From an uncultured Gemmatimonadales bacterium (lineage in GTDB: Bacteria > Gemmatimonadota > Gemmatimonadetes > Gemmatimonadales > GWC2-71-9): DNA of 64,000 nucleotides. Positions 1 to 11,753 of this stretch are shown here, piece after piece. The number at the start of each line of letters is the position of its first letter. Position 1 is the first letter of the stretch. The notes below the pieces were generated by a model. That model searched no databases. It was not told where the DNA came from and saw only the letters and a list, made by a program, of their open reading frames with translations. The position numbers were made by a program, and so were the translations under genes. The stretch lies in contig CAWJIM010000005.1 in assembly GCA_963842945.1 (NCBI GenBank), forward strand, positions 64,001 through 128,000, in the 5' to 3' direction.

Positions 1-2
1 AG

Positions 3-608
3 TCGACACCGGAATTCCTGCCGACGCCCGTCTCAGTACCTCACCACGTGCGGAAGGCGGAACGCCCCACGGTCTGCTATCTCGCCCGCTGGGACCGGCG
101 GAAGCGGCCGGAGCTCTTCCTCGCCCTGGCCCGACACTTTCCCCAGATCAGGTTCATCGCCTTCGGCACCTCGCGCGACGCCGAGTATGAACGCGGCCTC
201 CGGGCCCGCTACGCCGGCCTCCCCAACCTCGAGATGCCCGGGCACGTGGATCAGTTCGCGTCCGGCGCCGTCGCCTCCGTCCTCACCGAGAGCTGGATCC
301 TGGTGAACACGTCCGTCCGGGAAGGACTGCCCAACGCATTCCTCGAAGCGGCTGCGCATGGCTGCGCCATCCTGAGCGCGGTGGATCCGGACGGGTTCGC
401 CTCCCGGTTCGGCGTCAAGGTGGAAGGTGATAATTTCGCGGCGGGATTGGAGACCCTGCTGCAGGGAGACCGGTGGCGCGGCTGTGGAGAGCGGGCCCGG
501 GAGCACGTCCGCTCCACCTTCGAGCTGGGTACGGCGGTCGACCGGCACCTCACTATCTATAATGAACTGCTGGCCGGCGAACCCTCGCCGGCCGGATCGG
601 TCCACTAG
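3..608 (+). CDS. Glycosyltransferase family 4 (GT-B) protein, 5'-truncated by window edge
   Basis: Frame is open from base 3; has RWDRRKRPE and the [10 protein letters not shown] (E-x7-E) motif typical of GT4 C-terminal domains. Confidence 0.85.
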   Translation, partial: STPEFLPTPVSVPHHVRKAERPTVCYLARWDRRKRPELFLALARHFPQIRFIAFGTSRDAEYERGLRARYAGLPNLEMPGHVDQFASGAVASVLTESWILVNTSVREGLPNAFLEAAAHGCAILSAVDPDGFASRFGVKVEGDNFAAGLETLLQGDRWRGCGERAREHVRSTFELGTAVDRHLTIYNELLAGEPSPAGSVH

Positions 609-616
609 GAGCCGGC

Positions 617-1258
617 ATGCCCGTTTCCATCGGCGATCTGCGTCGTGACTACGCCAAGGCCCGATTGGACGAGTCCAGCGTAAGCGCCGATCCGATCGTG
701 GAGTTCGCCCGCTGGTTCGAAGAGGCGGTCAAAGCCGAGCTGCACGAGCCCAACGCCATGACCTTGGCGACGGCCAACGCCGAAGGCGTTCCCTCGGCGC
801 GTATCGTGCTGTTGAAGGGTTTCGACCAGCGGGGGTTCGTCTTCTTTACCGACTATCGCAGCCGAAAGGGGACCGAGCTGGCGGAGAACCCGCGGGCCGC
901 GCTGGTGTTCTACTGGGGCGAGCTGGAGCGGCAGGTCAGAATCGTCGGCAGCACCACACAGACGGACCGCCAGGAGTCAGAAGCGTATTTCCGGAGCCGG
1001 CCTCGGGGCAGCCGGTTAGGCGCCTGGATCTCGCATCAGAGTCAGGTGATTGCCGGCCGTGAGGAGCTGGACGAGCGGGTTCCCGAGCTGGAGCGTCGTT
1101 ACCCGGGTGATGACGTGCCGCTGCCGCCCTATTGGGGCGGATTCCGGCTCCGCCCCGATTCGATCGAGTTCTGGCAGGGCCGAGCCAGCCGGCTGCACGA
1201 CCGGATCCGCTACGTCCGCAACGGAGACATCTGGCGAATCGAGCGGTTGTCGCCGTAG
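617..1258 (+). CDS. pdxH: Pyridoxamine 5'-phosphate oxidase
   Basis: LRRDY N-terminus, [30 protein letters not shown] and terminal RLSP motifs. Confidence 0.97.
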   Translation: MPVSIGDLRRDYAKARLDESSVSADPIVEFARWFEEAVKAELHEPNAMTLATANAEGVPSARIVLLKGFDQRGFVFFTDYRSRKGTELAENPRAALVFYWGELERQVRIVGSTTQTDRQESEAYFRSRPRGSRLGAWISHQSQVIAGREELDERVPELERRYPGDDVPLPPYWGGFRLRPDSIEFWQGRASRLHDRIRYVRNGDIWRIERLSP

Positions 1259-1277
1259 CGGTCGGAGTGGCGGAGGG

Positions 1278-1325
1278 CTTACCGTCTTACCGCCTTACCG
1301 CCTTACCGCCTTACCGCCTTACCGC
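1278..1325. repeat. Octamer tandem repeat (CTTACCGC)x6 between convergent genes
   Basis: Six consecutive CTTACCG[T/C] units read directly. Confidence 0.95.
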
Positions 1326-1328
1326 CTG

Positions 1329-3976
1329 TCAGAAGCTCGCGGTAAGCCCTGCCAGCACCCGGCGTCCTATCACCGACCCGCCGTACAGCTGAAAACGCTT
1401 CTGATCCAGCAGGTTGGTGGCGCTAGCGTTGATCCTGACATAGTTGTTGATCCGGTATCCCGCTCCCAGGCTGATCTGCTCACTCGACGGGACGTATCCC
1501 TGAAACACACCGGCCGCCCACTGGTAGCCATCGATCAGGCGGACTGCCCCGTTAACGTCGAATCGCTCGCCGACATACGACAGCCCCAGCGTTGCCTTCT
1601 TGCTCGGCGTATTGGGCAGGAGCTGGTCGCCCGCCTGCTGGGATTCCACCTCGAAGTCAAAACCGGTGAAGGAGGCATCTGCGCGAAGCTGGGCGTGAAC
1701 TGATAGCCCACGCCCAGCTCCATCCCGCGTTCCGTCACCTGGCCGGCATTGGAATAGGAAAGCACCACGGCCCGGCTACCGTCCGGCAGCGTGGCCAGCC
1801 CCGGGGCGCCGGAGATGGTGGTGCCGGCTACGACACTGCCGTAGCCCGCCTGCAGAGTGGGAATCGGCGCCCGCAGCGCTGCCGCCTGGGCCGGGGTAAG
1901 CTGTCCTCCCTGCTCCAGCTGCTGGATCCGCTGATCCAGGGCGGTGAGGTCGCCGGGAATGTTGATCCCGCCGTCGGTGAGCTGGAACGTCGGGTAGGCG
2001 GGGTTCACTCCGGGCAGGAGATCGGTGACGAAGTTCTCCAGCTTGTTGATGTAGAAATCCGCGGTGAAATAGAGTGTATTGGAGATGCTCCCTTTGTAGC
2101 CCAGTTCCCACCCCAGCACGGTCTCCACGTCCAGGTTCGCGTTGCCCAGTGCCAGCACCTGGGTAGAGGGAGAGAAGTTCCAAGGCAGCGACGGATGCAG
2201 GGTGAGTCCCGCAAGCGCGGCCGGCGGGAGGCTTGCCTGGACCTGAGTGTAGTACGCCTCGATTCCTCCTTCTACCGTCGCCGGACCCGCGGTGGGGGCG
2301 GCGGCGGGAGCCTGAAGAAAGAACTCGGAGTAGTTCGGCGTCTGGAACGCGCGGTTCACCGAGAAGCGAACCGAGTTATTCTCGTTGAGGCTGTAGACCA
2401 AGGCGCCCTTGGGAGAAAACTGGGTCTCGAACAGTGTCCCGTCATCCACCCTGGCTGCGCCCACCACCCGGAGCTGGGGGGTGAGCTTGTATTCGACCTG
2501 ACCATAGCCGGAGTAGTAATCGTCGCTCCGATCATCGTTGATCGGATTCATCAGCGTGCCCGAAGTGTTGACCATGGTCTTGCGGTAGGACGCGCCGTAG
2601 ACCACCCGGCCACGGTCCTGCAGGAAGTCCCAGTTCTGCTGTCCCTCGATCTGGAAGATGTCGGACCGTTCCTCAAGTTGAGCGCCGCTGGAAAGAGCGA
2701 TCTGGGGGTCCACTGAGGTCCTGCTGTTCCAGTATCCGAAGATGTTGGTGTGGTTGGTGGCGAAGGCAGCCCGGGCGTATGGCTTGACCGCTTTCAGGAC
2801 CTGCACCCGTCCGATGCCGGTGACGAACACCTCGTTCTCGACCTGTGAGGCACCGCCGTCGGCGGAGAGCACCGAGCCATTGGTGAGGTAATAGTCCAGA
2901 CGACCGGAGGCGTACACATTCTTGAGGCCGGCGCGATCCCCCAGCGGTTCGCCGGTTACGGGGTCGACGGACTGGCCGGTCAGCGGGATGGCCTCCCGGG
3001 TGAGTCCCACCGGTTCGTCGGTGGCGTCGGCATACTCCTTCTGCAGCGAGGTGCCGTCGTTCAAGGTCCGGGAGCGGGTATAGGTATCGCTCTTCATGCC
3101 ACCGACATTCAGCCGATAGCCGAAACGATCGTTGCCGAACACGCCGGCTTGGCGGAAGTCGCCCCGGATCGTTTCCAGCTCGCCGCCGCCGAAGCTGAGC
3201 TTGGTTCCGGCCACCTCCCGGCCCTCGGGGGTTATGATATTGATCACTCCGCTGAACGCGTTGGCGCCGTAGAGCGCCGAGCCGGGCCCCCGTACCATTT
3301 CCAGGCGGCCCAGGTCTTCCAGCGGCTGGGTCATGCCATTCCACTCCTGGGCGCCGAGGAATGCAATCGAGAGATCGCGTCCATCTTGCAGCACCAGCAC
3401 GCGGCGGTTGAGCGACGAGTTGAAGCCGCGGGCGTTCACATTGAAGTCGTTTACCCCGCTTTGCACCACATCCACGCCGGGCACGGTCTGAAGCGCGAGC
3501 GGTGCCTGGCCGGTGATCGAGGTGTTCTCCAGCACCTGGGGTGGAACCACCGAGATCGCGGCCGGTGCTTCGACAATGCGCTCTGGCGTGCGGGATGCGG
3601 TGGATACCACCAACTCGGTGAGCGCCACGGGAACCGGCTCCATTGCGGCATACACCGTCGCCGTACGGTCTGCTTCCACAGTGGTTCGGATCTCCATCGG
3701 CTTGTAGCCCAGCCAGCGGAACACGATCGTTTGAGCACCTTCGGGCACCCGGCGCAATGTGTACCGGCCGTCGGGGGCGGTTATGGTGCTCAGGCCCGTG
3801 CTCTGGACCGTTACCGATACGCTGGGAAGGGGAGAGCCCTCACCCGCTCGGGTCACCATGCCCGTTACGGTCCCGACCCCCTGTGCCATTACCGGGCCGG
3901 GAGGAACGACGGCAAGCATGAACGCCGCGAGGACGACGATACCATGGCGGAGCATGGCCGACACTGTGGCTAGCAT
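1329..3976 (-). CDS. TonB-dependent receptor with N-terminal carboxypeptidase-regulatory-like domain; frameshift near 1690
   Basis: Signal peptide, plug motifs (LVLQDGR, RLEMVRGPGSALYGANAFSGVINIIT); the C-terminal ORF 1329..1649 supplies NLLD and a terminal Phe. Confidence 0.9.
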
Positions 3977-4065
3977 ACAGCGCTCTCATCTCCCGGTGTG
4001 ATGATGGCTGGGGGCAGCATCAGGTTTTTGGGGTCCGAAAGACAACGGAGAAGCAATACCAGTAT

Positions 4066-5430
4066 ATGGAAAGTCGGGAGAGACGGAAAGGATGGAACGC
4101 TGTAGCCGGAATGCTTGCCGCCACTGTGCTCGGCGGCTGCTCCGGCGGCAGCCCAACCTTCTCCGCTAACCCACACGTGCGTGCCGGCACAGTCACCAAG
4201 CCGGTCTCGTTCGCTATTCTGGAGGACTACGACAAGGGTCAGGATCTGCGCGAAGTCGCCGGCGACTTCAGCCGTTTCCGCGAGCTCGGGATCGTGCAGT
4301 GGCGGGGAAGCTTCGGCTGGGACGATTTTGAGCCCAGCCCCGGACAGTACGACCTCGATTGGTTGGAAAAGTTTGTCGCCCTGGCTGACAGCATGGGGAT
4401 CTCCCTTCGCCCGTATCTGGGCTATACCCCGGCCTGGGCGGCGCGTGGCGGCAAGGATGACCACGCGTGGAACGATCCTCCGCGAAGCGAACAGGATTGG
4501 GTTCGCTTTACCGGTGCGGTCGCCGGCCGGCTTCGGCCATACCGGAGCATCGTGTCTTACGAGATCTATAACGAGGAGAACACGGCGCTCTGGTGGGAGG
4601 GCAGCGCCGAGGAGTATGCCCGCGTTCTTCGGGCTGGCGCGGACGCCATTCGCCGGGCCGACCCGGATGCCCAGATCTTTCTGGGCGGCCTGGTCTGGCC
4701 CGATCTCGAATGGCTCGAGCAGGCGTGTGAGAGCGGACGCGCGCCCTTCGACGTGCTCCCGTTTCACGCCTACCCCGAGACCTGGACTCCCGATTCGATA
4801 ACGGTGGAGAATTATCTGGGGCCGGCGTTCCGGGGCGGATTCGTTGCGGAGGCAGACCGCCGGTGCGGGCGGAAACCGATCTGGATCAACGAGACCGGAT
4901 TCGCCACCACGCCGGGGAAGAGCGAGAAGGACCAGGCGGAGTGGTGGGCCCGCGCCGTGGCGACATTTCTGGCCGAGCCGCGGGTGGAGCAGATTGGGAT
5001 CTATGAGATCAAGGACCAACAGCCGGGCACCGAGGTCATCGGCGACACTCCCAACTATTATCTGGGGCTGATCCGACGGGATGGCAGCCCGAAGCTTGCC
5101 TTTGAAACGATCAGGTTGCTGGTTCGGCTCTTCCACGGCGACTCGATCACCGTGGCCGATCCCTTGCTCAGGGTTCGGGTGACCGCCGGGTCTGCCGGAC
5201 AGCTGCATCATCATCTGTTCATCCGGCCTGATGGTCGGCAGCTCGTGTTTGTGTGGGACAAGTCAGGAAGTCCGACGGTGGAGCTGACTCTTCCGGCTCC
5301 AACGGGCGCCATCACGGCTTACGCCACCGACGGGCGTGCCAGTTCCTGGAAGAACGTCAAGGGGAACACCATTCGAGGAATAGCGCTGCAACAGGGAACG
5401 GTGCGGATCTTCCTGGCTGAGGGACGGTGA
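4066..5430 (+). CDS. Clan GH-A glycoside hydrolase lipoprotein (GH39/GH5-like)
   Basis: Lipobox LGGC; acid/base-like YEIYNEE; FHAYP; nucleophile-like IWINETG. Confidence 0.8.
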   Translation: MESRERRKGWNAVAGMLAATVLGGCSGGSPTFSANPHVRAGTVTKPVSFAILEDYDKGQDLREVAGDFSRFRELGIVQWRGSFGWDDFEPSPGQYDLDWLEKFVALADSMGISLRPYLGYTPAWAARGGKDDHAWNDPPRSEQDWVRFTGAVAGRLRPYRSIVSYEIYNEENTALWWEGSAEEYARVLRAGADAIRRADPDAQIFLGGLVWPDLEWLEQACESGRAPFDVLPFHAYPETWTPDSITVENYLGPAFRGGFVAEADRRCGRKPIWINETGFATTPGKSEKDQAEWWARAVATFLAEPRVEQIGIYEIKDQQPGTEVIGDTPNYYLGLIRRDGSPKLAFETIRLLVRLFHGDSITVADPLLRVRVTAGSAGQLHHHLFIRPDGRQLVFVWDKSGSPTVELTLPAPTGAITAYATDGRASSWKNVKGNTIRGIALQQGTVRIFLAEGR

Positions 5431-6569
5431 CCCGGCCTTTCAGCATCCCCTGGCTGGCCAGAGTGGCCCGGGATATCAGGGCCGCGTCAGCTGAGGACGG
5501 GGTGGGCGTCGGAGCCATCGCCCGAGACCTGGTGGTGCTCAATCTTCACAACCAGCTCGGCGTGAGGGCGTACTTTCAGTACCGCTTGTTCGATCCCCGC
5601 ATCCCGCATCCCGATAAGAAGGATTATCTCCCCGACAGCGGGCGGGCGACCCGCCGGCTCTGGTCGCTGCTCACCCCGGTTCAATACCGGCTGCCCTTCC
5701 GCAACAAACTGGTGTTCAACCGCCTCTTCGGCGGACAGGGCCTGCCGGTCGCGCGAGTGTTTGGAGTCTACGATCCACGGATTGGCTTTACGGTGGACGG
5801 GGAGGAGCTTCGCAACGCTGCGGATCTGAGACGCTGGATGAGCCGGGCGCCGGACGACGGCTTTGTCTTCAAGGCGCTGTACGGCATCGAAGGATATCAA
5901 GTCCTGGTGCTCTCGGGCCGCGCGGCCGAAGATCCTGCAAGCTTCATTACTCTCTCGGGGGATCGCTACAATGCGGATCGCCTGGTGGAGTTTGCCCGAA
6001 ACACCCGGGAGCTGGAGCGTCACGGGGCACTGGATCCCGACTCCTACCTGATCGAGGAGCGGATCCGGCCCCATCCCGTGATGGCGGAGCTGGTAGGGCC
6101 CACGCTTTGCTGCTGCCGGGTGGTCACCTTCATCGGCCGGAACGGGAACCCGCAGATTCTCGGTGCCGTGTACAAGATCCAGCCGGAACCGCTGGGCGTG
6201 GACCACTTGAGCTATGGGGCCGTCGGGAGCTGGGTCGATCTGGAGTCAGGGGCGCTTGGCCCGGGGAGGTCCCGCCATCACTTCGGGTATACCTCCGTGA
6301 TTCCGGGCACCGACAAAACGTTTGTGGGTTTCAAGCTTCCCCACTGGCCCCAGATCAAAGAAGTTGCACTGAAGGCAGCAAGGGTTCTACCCTGGGCTCG
6401 CGCCATCGGGTGGGACATTGCCATCGCCGATCGAGGGCCAGTCCTTATCGAAGGAAATGCCGAGTGGTCCACTTCACTGCTTCAGATTCCGGCTCCGCGT
6501 GGCCTGATGACCGGAGAGTTCAAGTCGCTGTGCGCCACCCTGGCCGCCGGGCCGGCGACGCAGCAGTAG
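5427..6569 (+). CDS. Sugar-transfer-associated ATP-grasp domain protein
   Basis: NKLVF, FVFKALYGIEG, YLIEERIRPHP and IGWDIAIADRGPVLIEGN motifs; GTGA overlap with the upstream stop. Confidence 0.8.
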   Translation: MTRPFSIPWLARVARDIRAASAEDGVGVGAIARDLVVLNLHNQLGVRAYFQYRLFDPRIPHPDKKDYLPDSGRATRRLWSLLTPVQYRLPFRNKLVFNRLFGGQGLPVARVFGVYDPRIGFTVDGEELRNAADLRRWMSRAPDDGFVFKALYGIEGYQVLVLSGRAAEDPASFITLSGDRYNADRLVEFARNTRELERHGALDPDSYLIEERIRPHPVMAELVGPTLCCCRVVTFIGRNGNPQILGAVYKIQPEPLGVDHLSYGAVGSWVDLESGALGPGRSRHHFGYTSVIPGTDKTFVGFKLPHWPQIKEVALKAARVLPWARAIGWDIAIADRGPVLIEGNAEWSTSLLQIPAPRGLMTGEFKSLCATLAAGPATQQ

Positions 6570-7857
6570 CCGCACCGGCTCGGCACTACCATCTTCGCTG
6601 TCCGGTGTGCTCGGCGGACATCGAGGACGACGGGCGCATCCTGCGTTGCCCCCAAGCGCACGAGCCTGCTCTGCTGCTCGCCGAATATGAAGAGCAATCC
6701 TTTCGGCCCGATCCCGACGTCGATGGGATTTACCGATTCCATGAGTGGCTTCCCGCATCCCGGGTGTTGCCGGGATCCGGCGGGACGGTGGTGTATCGCA
6801 GCAAGGCGCTGAATCGGATGGCCGGGCTGAGCAACCTGTGGGTGGCCTTCAATGGCTACTGGCCCGAGCGGGGCGCCACGCTCGAGACCACCACATTCAA
6901 GGAGCTGGAGGCCTGGGCGGTGCTGGGCCGCATCCCGGAAGGAACCGACGAGGTGATGGTGATCGCGTCGGCCGGGAACACGGCGGCCGCATTTGCCCGG
7001 GCCTGCTCGCTTGGTCAGGTCCGCTGTCTCATCGTGGTCCCTGAGGTCGGGCTTGCCAGCCTGGAATTCAGCGAGCCGATCGACCCCTGTGTGAAGATCG
7101 TGTCGCTGGTCGGATTTACCGACTACGCCGATGCCATCGCGCTGGCCAACCGGGTAGCGGCGCTGGACGGGTTCTTCCCCGAGGGCGGCGTCGCCAATGT
7201 CGCCCGGAGGGCAGGCCTCGGCACCACCATGCTGGCTGCGGTGGACACCATCGGCCGGCTGCCCGACTTCTACTTTCAGGCGGTAGGCAGCGGAGCCGGC
7301 GGCATCGGCGTGCACGAGACCGCTCGACTGCTGATCCGCGACGGCCGTTTCGGCGAGCGGTTTCCCCGCCTCATGTTGAGCCAGAACCTGCCCTTCGTGC
7401 CGCTGTACAGCTCGTGGACCGCGGGACGCAGGGAGCTGGTGACCATCGATCCCGACGACGGGCGGAGGCAGATCCGCCAGATCGCGGCGCATGTTCTGTC
7501 CAACCGGCAACCGCCATATTCCATTCGCGGTGGGGTCTTCGATGTGCTCACGGAGAGTGGCGGAGACATGCTCGCGGCCGACAACCTGGAGACGCTGCCC
7601 CGGTTGCAACTTTTCGAGGAGATGGAAGGTATTCACATCGACCCGGCGAGCGCCGTCGCCTTTGCCACTCTGCTCAAGGCCGCGCGCTCGGGACTGCTGG
7701 ACCACGACGCGCTGGTGCTGTTGAACGTCACCGGCGGCGGACGCCACCGCCGCCATGCCGACCGGCAGCTGATCCCGGCCCGGCCCGCACTGCAGTGGAC
7801 CAGCAGGAGATTTATCTCGACGCCACACTCGACAAGATCGCCAACCTGTTTCGCTGA
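6530..7857 (+). CDS. Cysteate synthase (threonine-synthase-like PLP enzyme, MA3297 type); start uncertain, frameshift near 7795
   Basis: N-terminal CxxC, FNGYWPERGA, TFKELEA (PLP Lys), ASAGNT, YFQAVGSG, LSNRQPPYS, LNVTGGG; likely C-terminus ...KIANLFR ends at 7857 in another frame. Confidence 0.82.
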
Positions 7858-7865
7858 AGGCCACC

Positions 7866-9325
7866 ATGCGCTCAATCGTCGGCTCCGCCGTGCTCCTGCT
7901 CTGCCTCCAGGCCAATGCCTCGGGCCAGGGGATCTCCTCCTCGGAGTATGCCGCCCGCCGCGATTCGCTCGCTGCGCGGATCGACAGCGGCGTTGTGATC
8001 GCCTTCGGCGCTCCTGATCCCACCGAGATTCACCAGAGCGGCCAGCTTCCCGCCTTTCGCTATTTGACCGGATTCCTCGAGCCCAACGCGGCCTTCGTTC
8101 TGGTGAAGCGGGGCGGGGCGGTGAAGGGGATTCTGTTCACCGCCACCCGGGATCCTCGCCGGGCCCTGTACGACGGTTTTCCCCCCGATTCCGACGTGGT
8201 GGCGCGGGAGACCGGATTGAGCGTACGGTCGCTTCCGGCGCTCCGGCAGGTCGTCGATTCGCTGATGCGATTTCGTCTCCCGGTCTATCAGCTGCGCGAC
8301 TTTGCCTCCGCCGATGCGGCCGAGTCCGATTCGATGACTCGGGGGTCCCGCTTCATGGGAGACCTGGCGGAGCGCTACCGGGCTATGGAGCTCGAGGTCG
8401 GCGACGCGCATTCCATCGTGGACAGTCTGCGGGCGCGCAAGTCGCCGGCGGAGCTGAAGCTTTTGCGGCGGTCAATCGACATCACCACCGGCAGCCTGAC
8501 CCAGGCAATGCGCTCGGCCAAGCCGGGAATGTATGAATACGAGCTGCAGGCTGAGGTGGAGGGCGGGTTCCGGCGGGTGGGAGCCGACGGAACCTCGTTC
8601 GGGTCCATCATCGGCTCGGGACCAAACTCGACCCAGTATCACTACGAGCGAAACGACCGCCGTATGGCCGCGGGCGACGTGGTGGTCATGGACGTCGGTG
8701 CTTCGTACCAGGGCTATGCCGCTGACGTCACCCGCACGATTCCGGTGGACGGCAAGTTTACGCCCGAGCAGCGCGCGGTATATCAGCTGGTGCGCGACGC
8801 TCAGGCGGCGGCGGAGAAGGTCGCAAAGCCCGGAGCGTCGTGCCAAGGCGTGGAGCGATACGGCGCGGGCGGTGGAGGCCCGGGGACTGGCCAAGCTGGG
8901 ACTGATCGAATCGCCGGACGCCACCTTTGACCCACCCTGGGCTTCCATGTGCCAGTCGAACGCCGGCGCCTGTAAGCAGGCATTTCTCTACATGGCCCAT
9001 GGCCTGGGTCATGGCATTGGGCTCGAGGTGCACGATCCCCCGCATTTCGGCCGCGGCGCCGACCTTCGAGGCGGGGCAGGTCTTCACCATCGAGCCCGGG
9101 GTGTACATCAGCACCAAGCTGCTCGATATGCTGCCGGACACGCCGAAGAACCGGACGTTCATCGGCAAGGTGCGGAAGACGGTGGAGCGTTACAACAACA
9201 TCGGGGTCCGGATCGAGGACGATTACTTGATCACGCCGAACGGGGTGGAATGGCTGTCCCGGGCACCCCGGGAGATAGCCGAGATCGAGAAGCTCAAGCT
9301 GGTGTCGGCAAGGGAAACTCCTTAA
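7866..9325 (+). CDS. Secreted Xaa-Pro aminopeptidase (M24B); frameshifts near 8840 and 9050
   Basis: Signal peptide, FRYLTGF, MDVG..YAADVTRT, HGLGHGIGLEVHD, TIEPG, GVRIEDD spread over three frames. Confidence 0.88.
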
Positions 9326-9336
9326 CGTTCAAACTG

Positions 9337-11252
<1,916 letters not shown>

Positions 11253-11329
11253 TACGTAAGCGGGACTAGAACAGGCGTAAGCGGTAAGCGGGCAAACGCC
11301 TCATCTGAACGAAGAGGAATCGAGTTGGT

Positions 11330-11614
11330 TCAGCGATTACTTGCGGTGGGCTCGCGAGTAGCTGCGGTCACCTGGGTCAGGTAATCGAGGGCAGCAGACA
11401 AACCGGCCTCGGGTGCGGAAGCGAGGTGCATCGCTCGGACCAGATGATGCGCGGCCTCCTGCACTCGTGCTGGGTCCAGGTTCGCGGAATTCCCCAGCAG
11501 GAGCGGCAGCATGGGCGCCAGCTCCTGGGCGAAGTGCTCCTCCTTGGCCGCGCTCCACATCGCCAGGAATTCCTGGGTATCGACCGGGCGCCGGCTCTCC
11601 TCTGAGATCCCCAT
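11330..11614 (-). CDS. Small hypothetical helical protein
   Basis: ATG 11614 preceded by AGGAG; fills the gap between thiC and the next gene. Confidence 0.55.
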   Translation of the reverse strand: MGISEESRRPVDTQEFLAMWSAAKEEHFAQELAPMLPLLLGNSANLDPARVQEAAHHLVRAMHLASAPEAGLSAALDYLTQVTAATREPTASNR

Positions 11615-11753
11615 AGCGTCTCCTGGAATTCCTGGGAACGAATTCTGATGGCTGTAGGAAGATGATGTGCCCCGGTGCATGAGAGCGCCAGGGGTGGCAT
11701 TTGCCTCGATCCATCCCAGGCTCCATCCTTAAGTAGCGCCAACCCTCCCCGGT

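Noticed and set aside
3970..8023. Long antisense ORFs (e.g. 3970..5214, 6482..8023; also 24989..26548 and 9870..10973)
   Set aside because: Shadow ORFs of GC-rich genes on the other strand; no recognisable motifs
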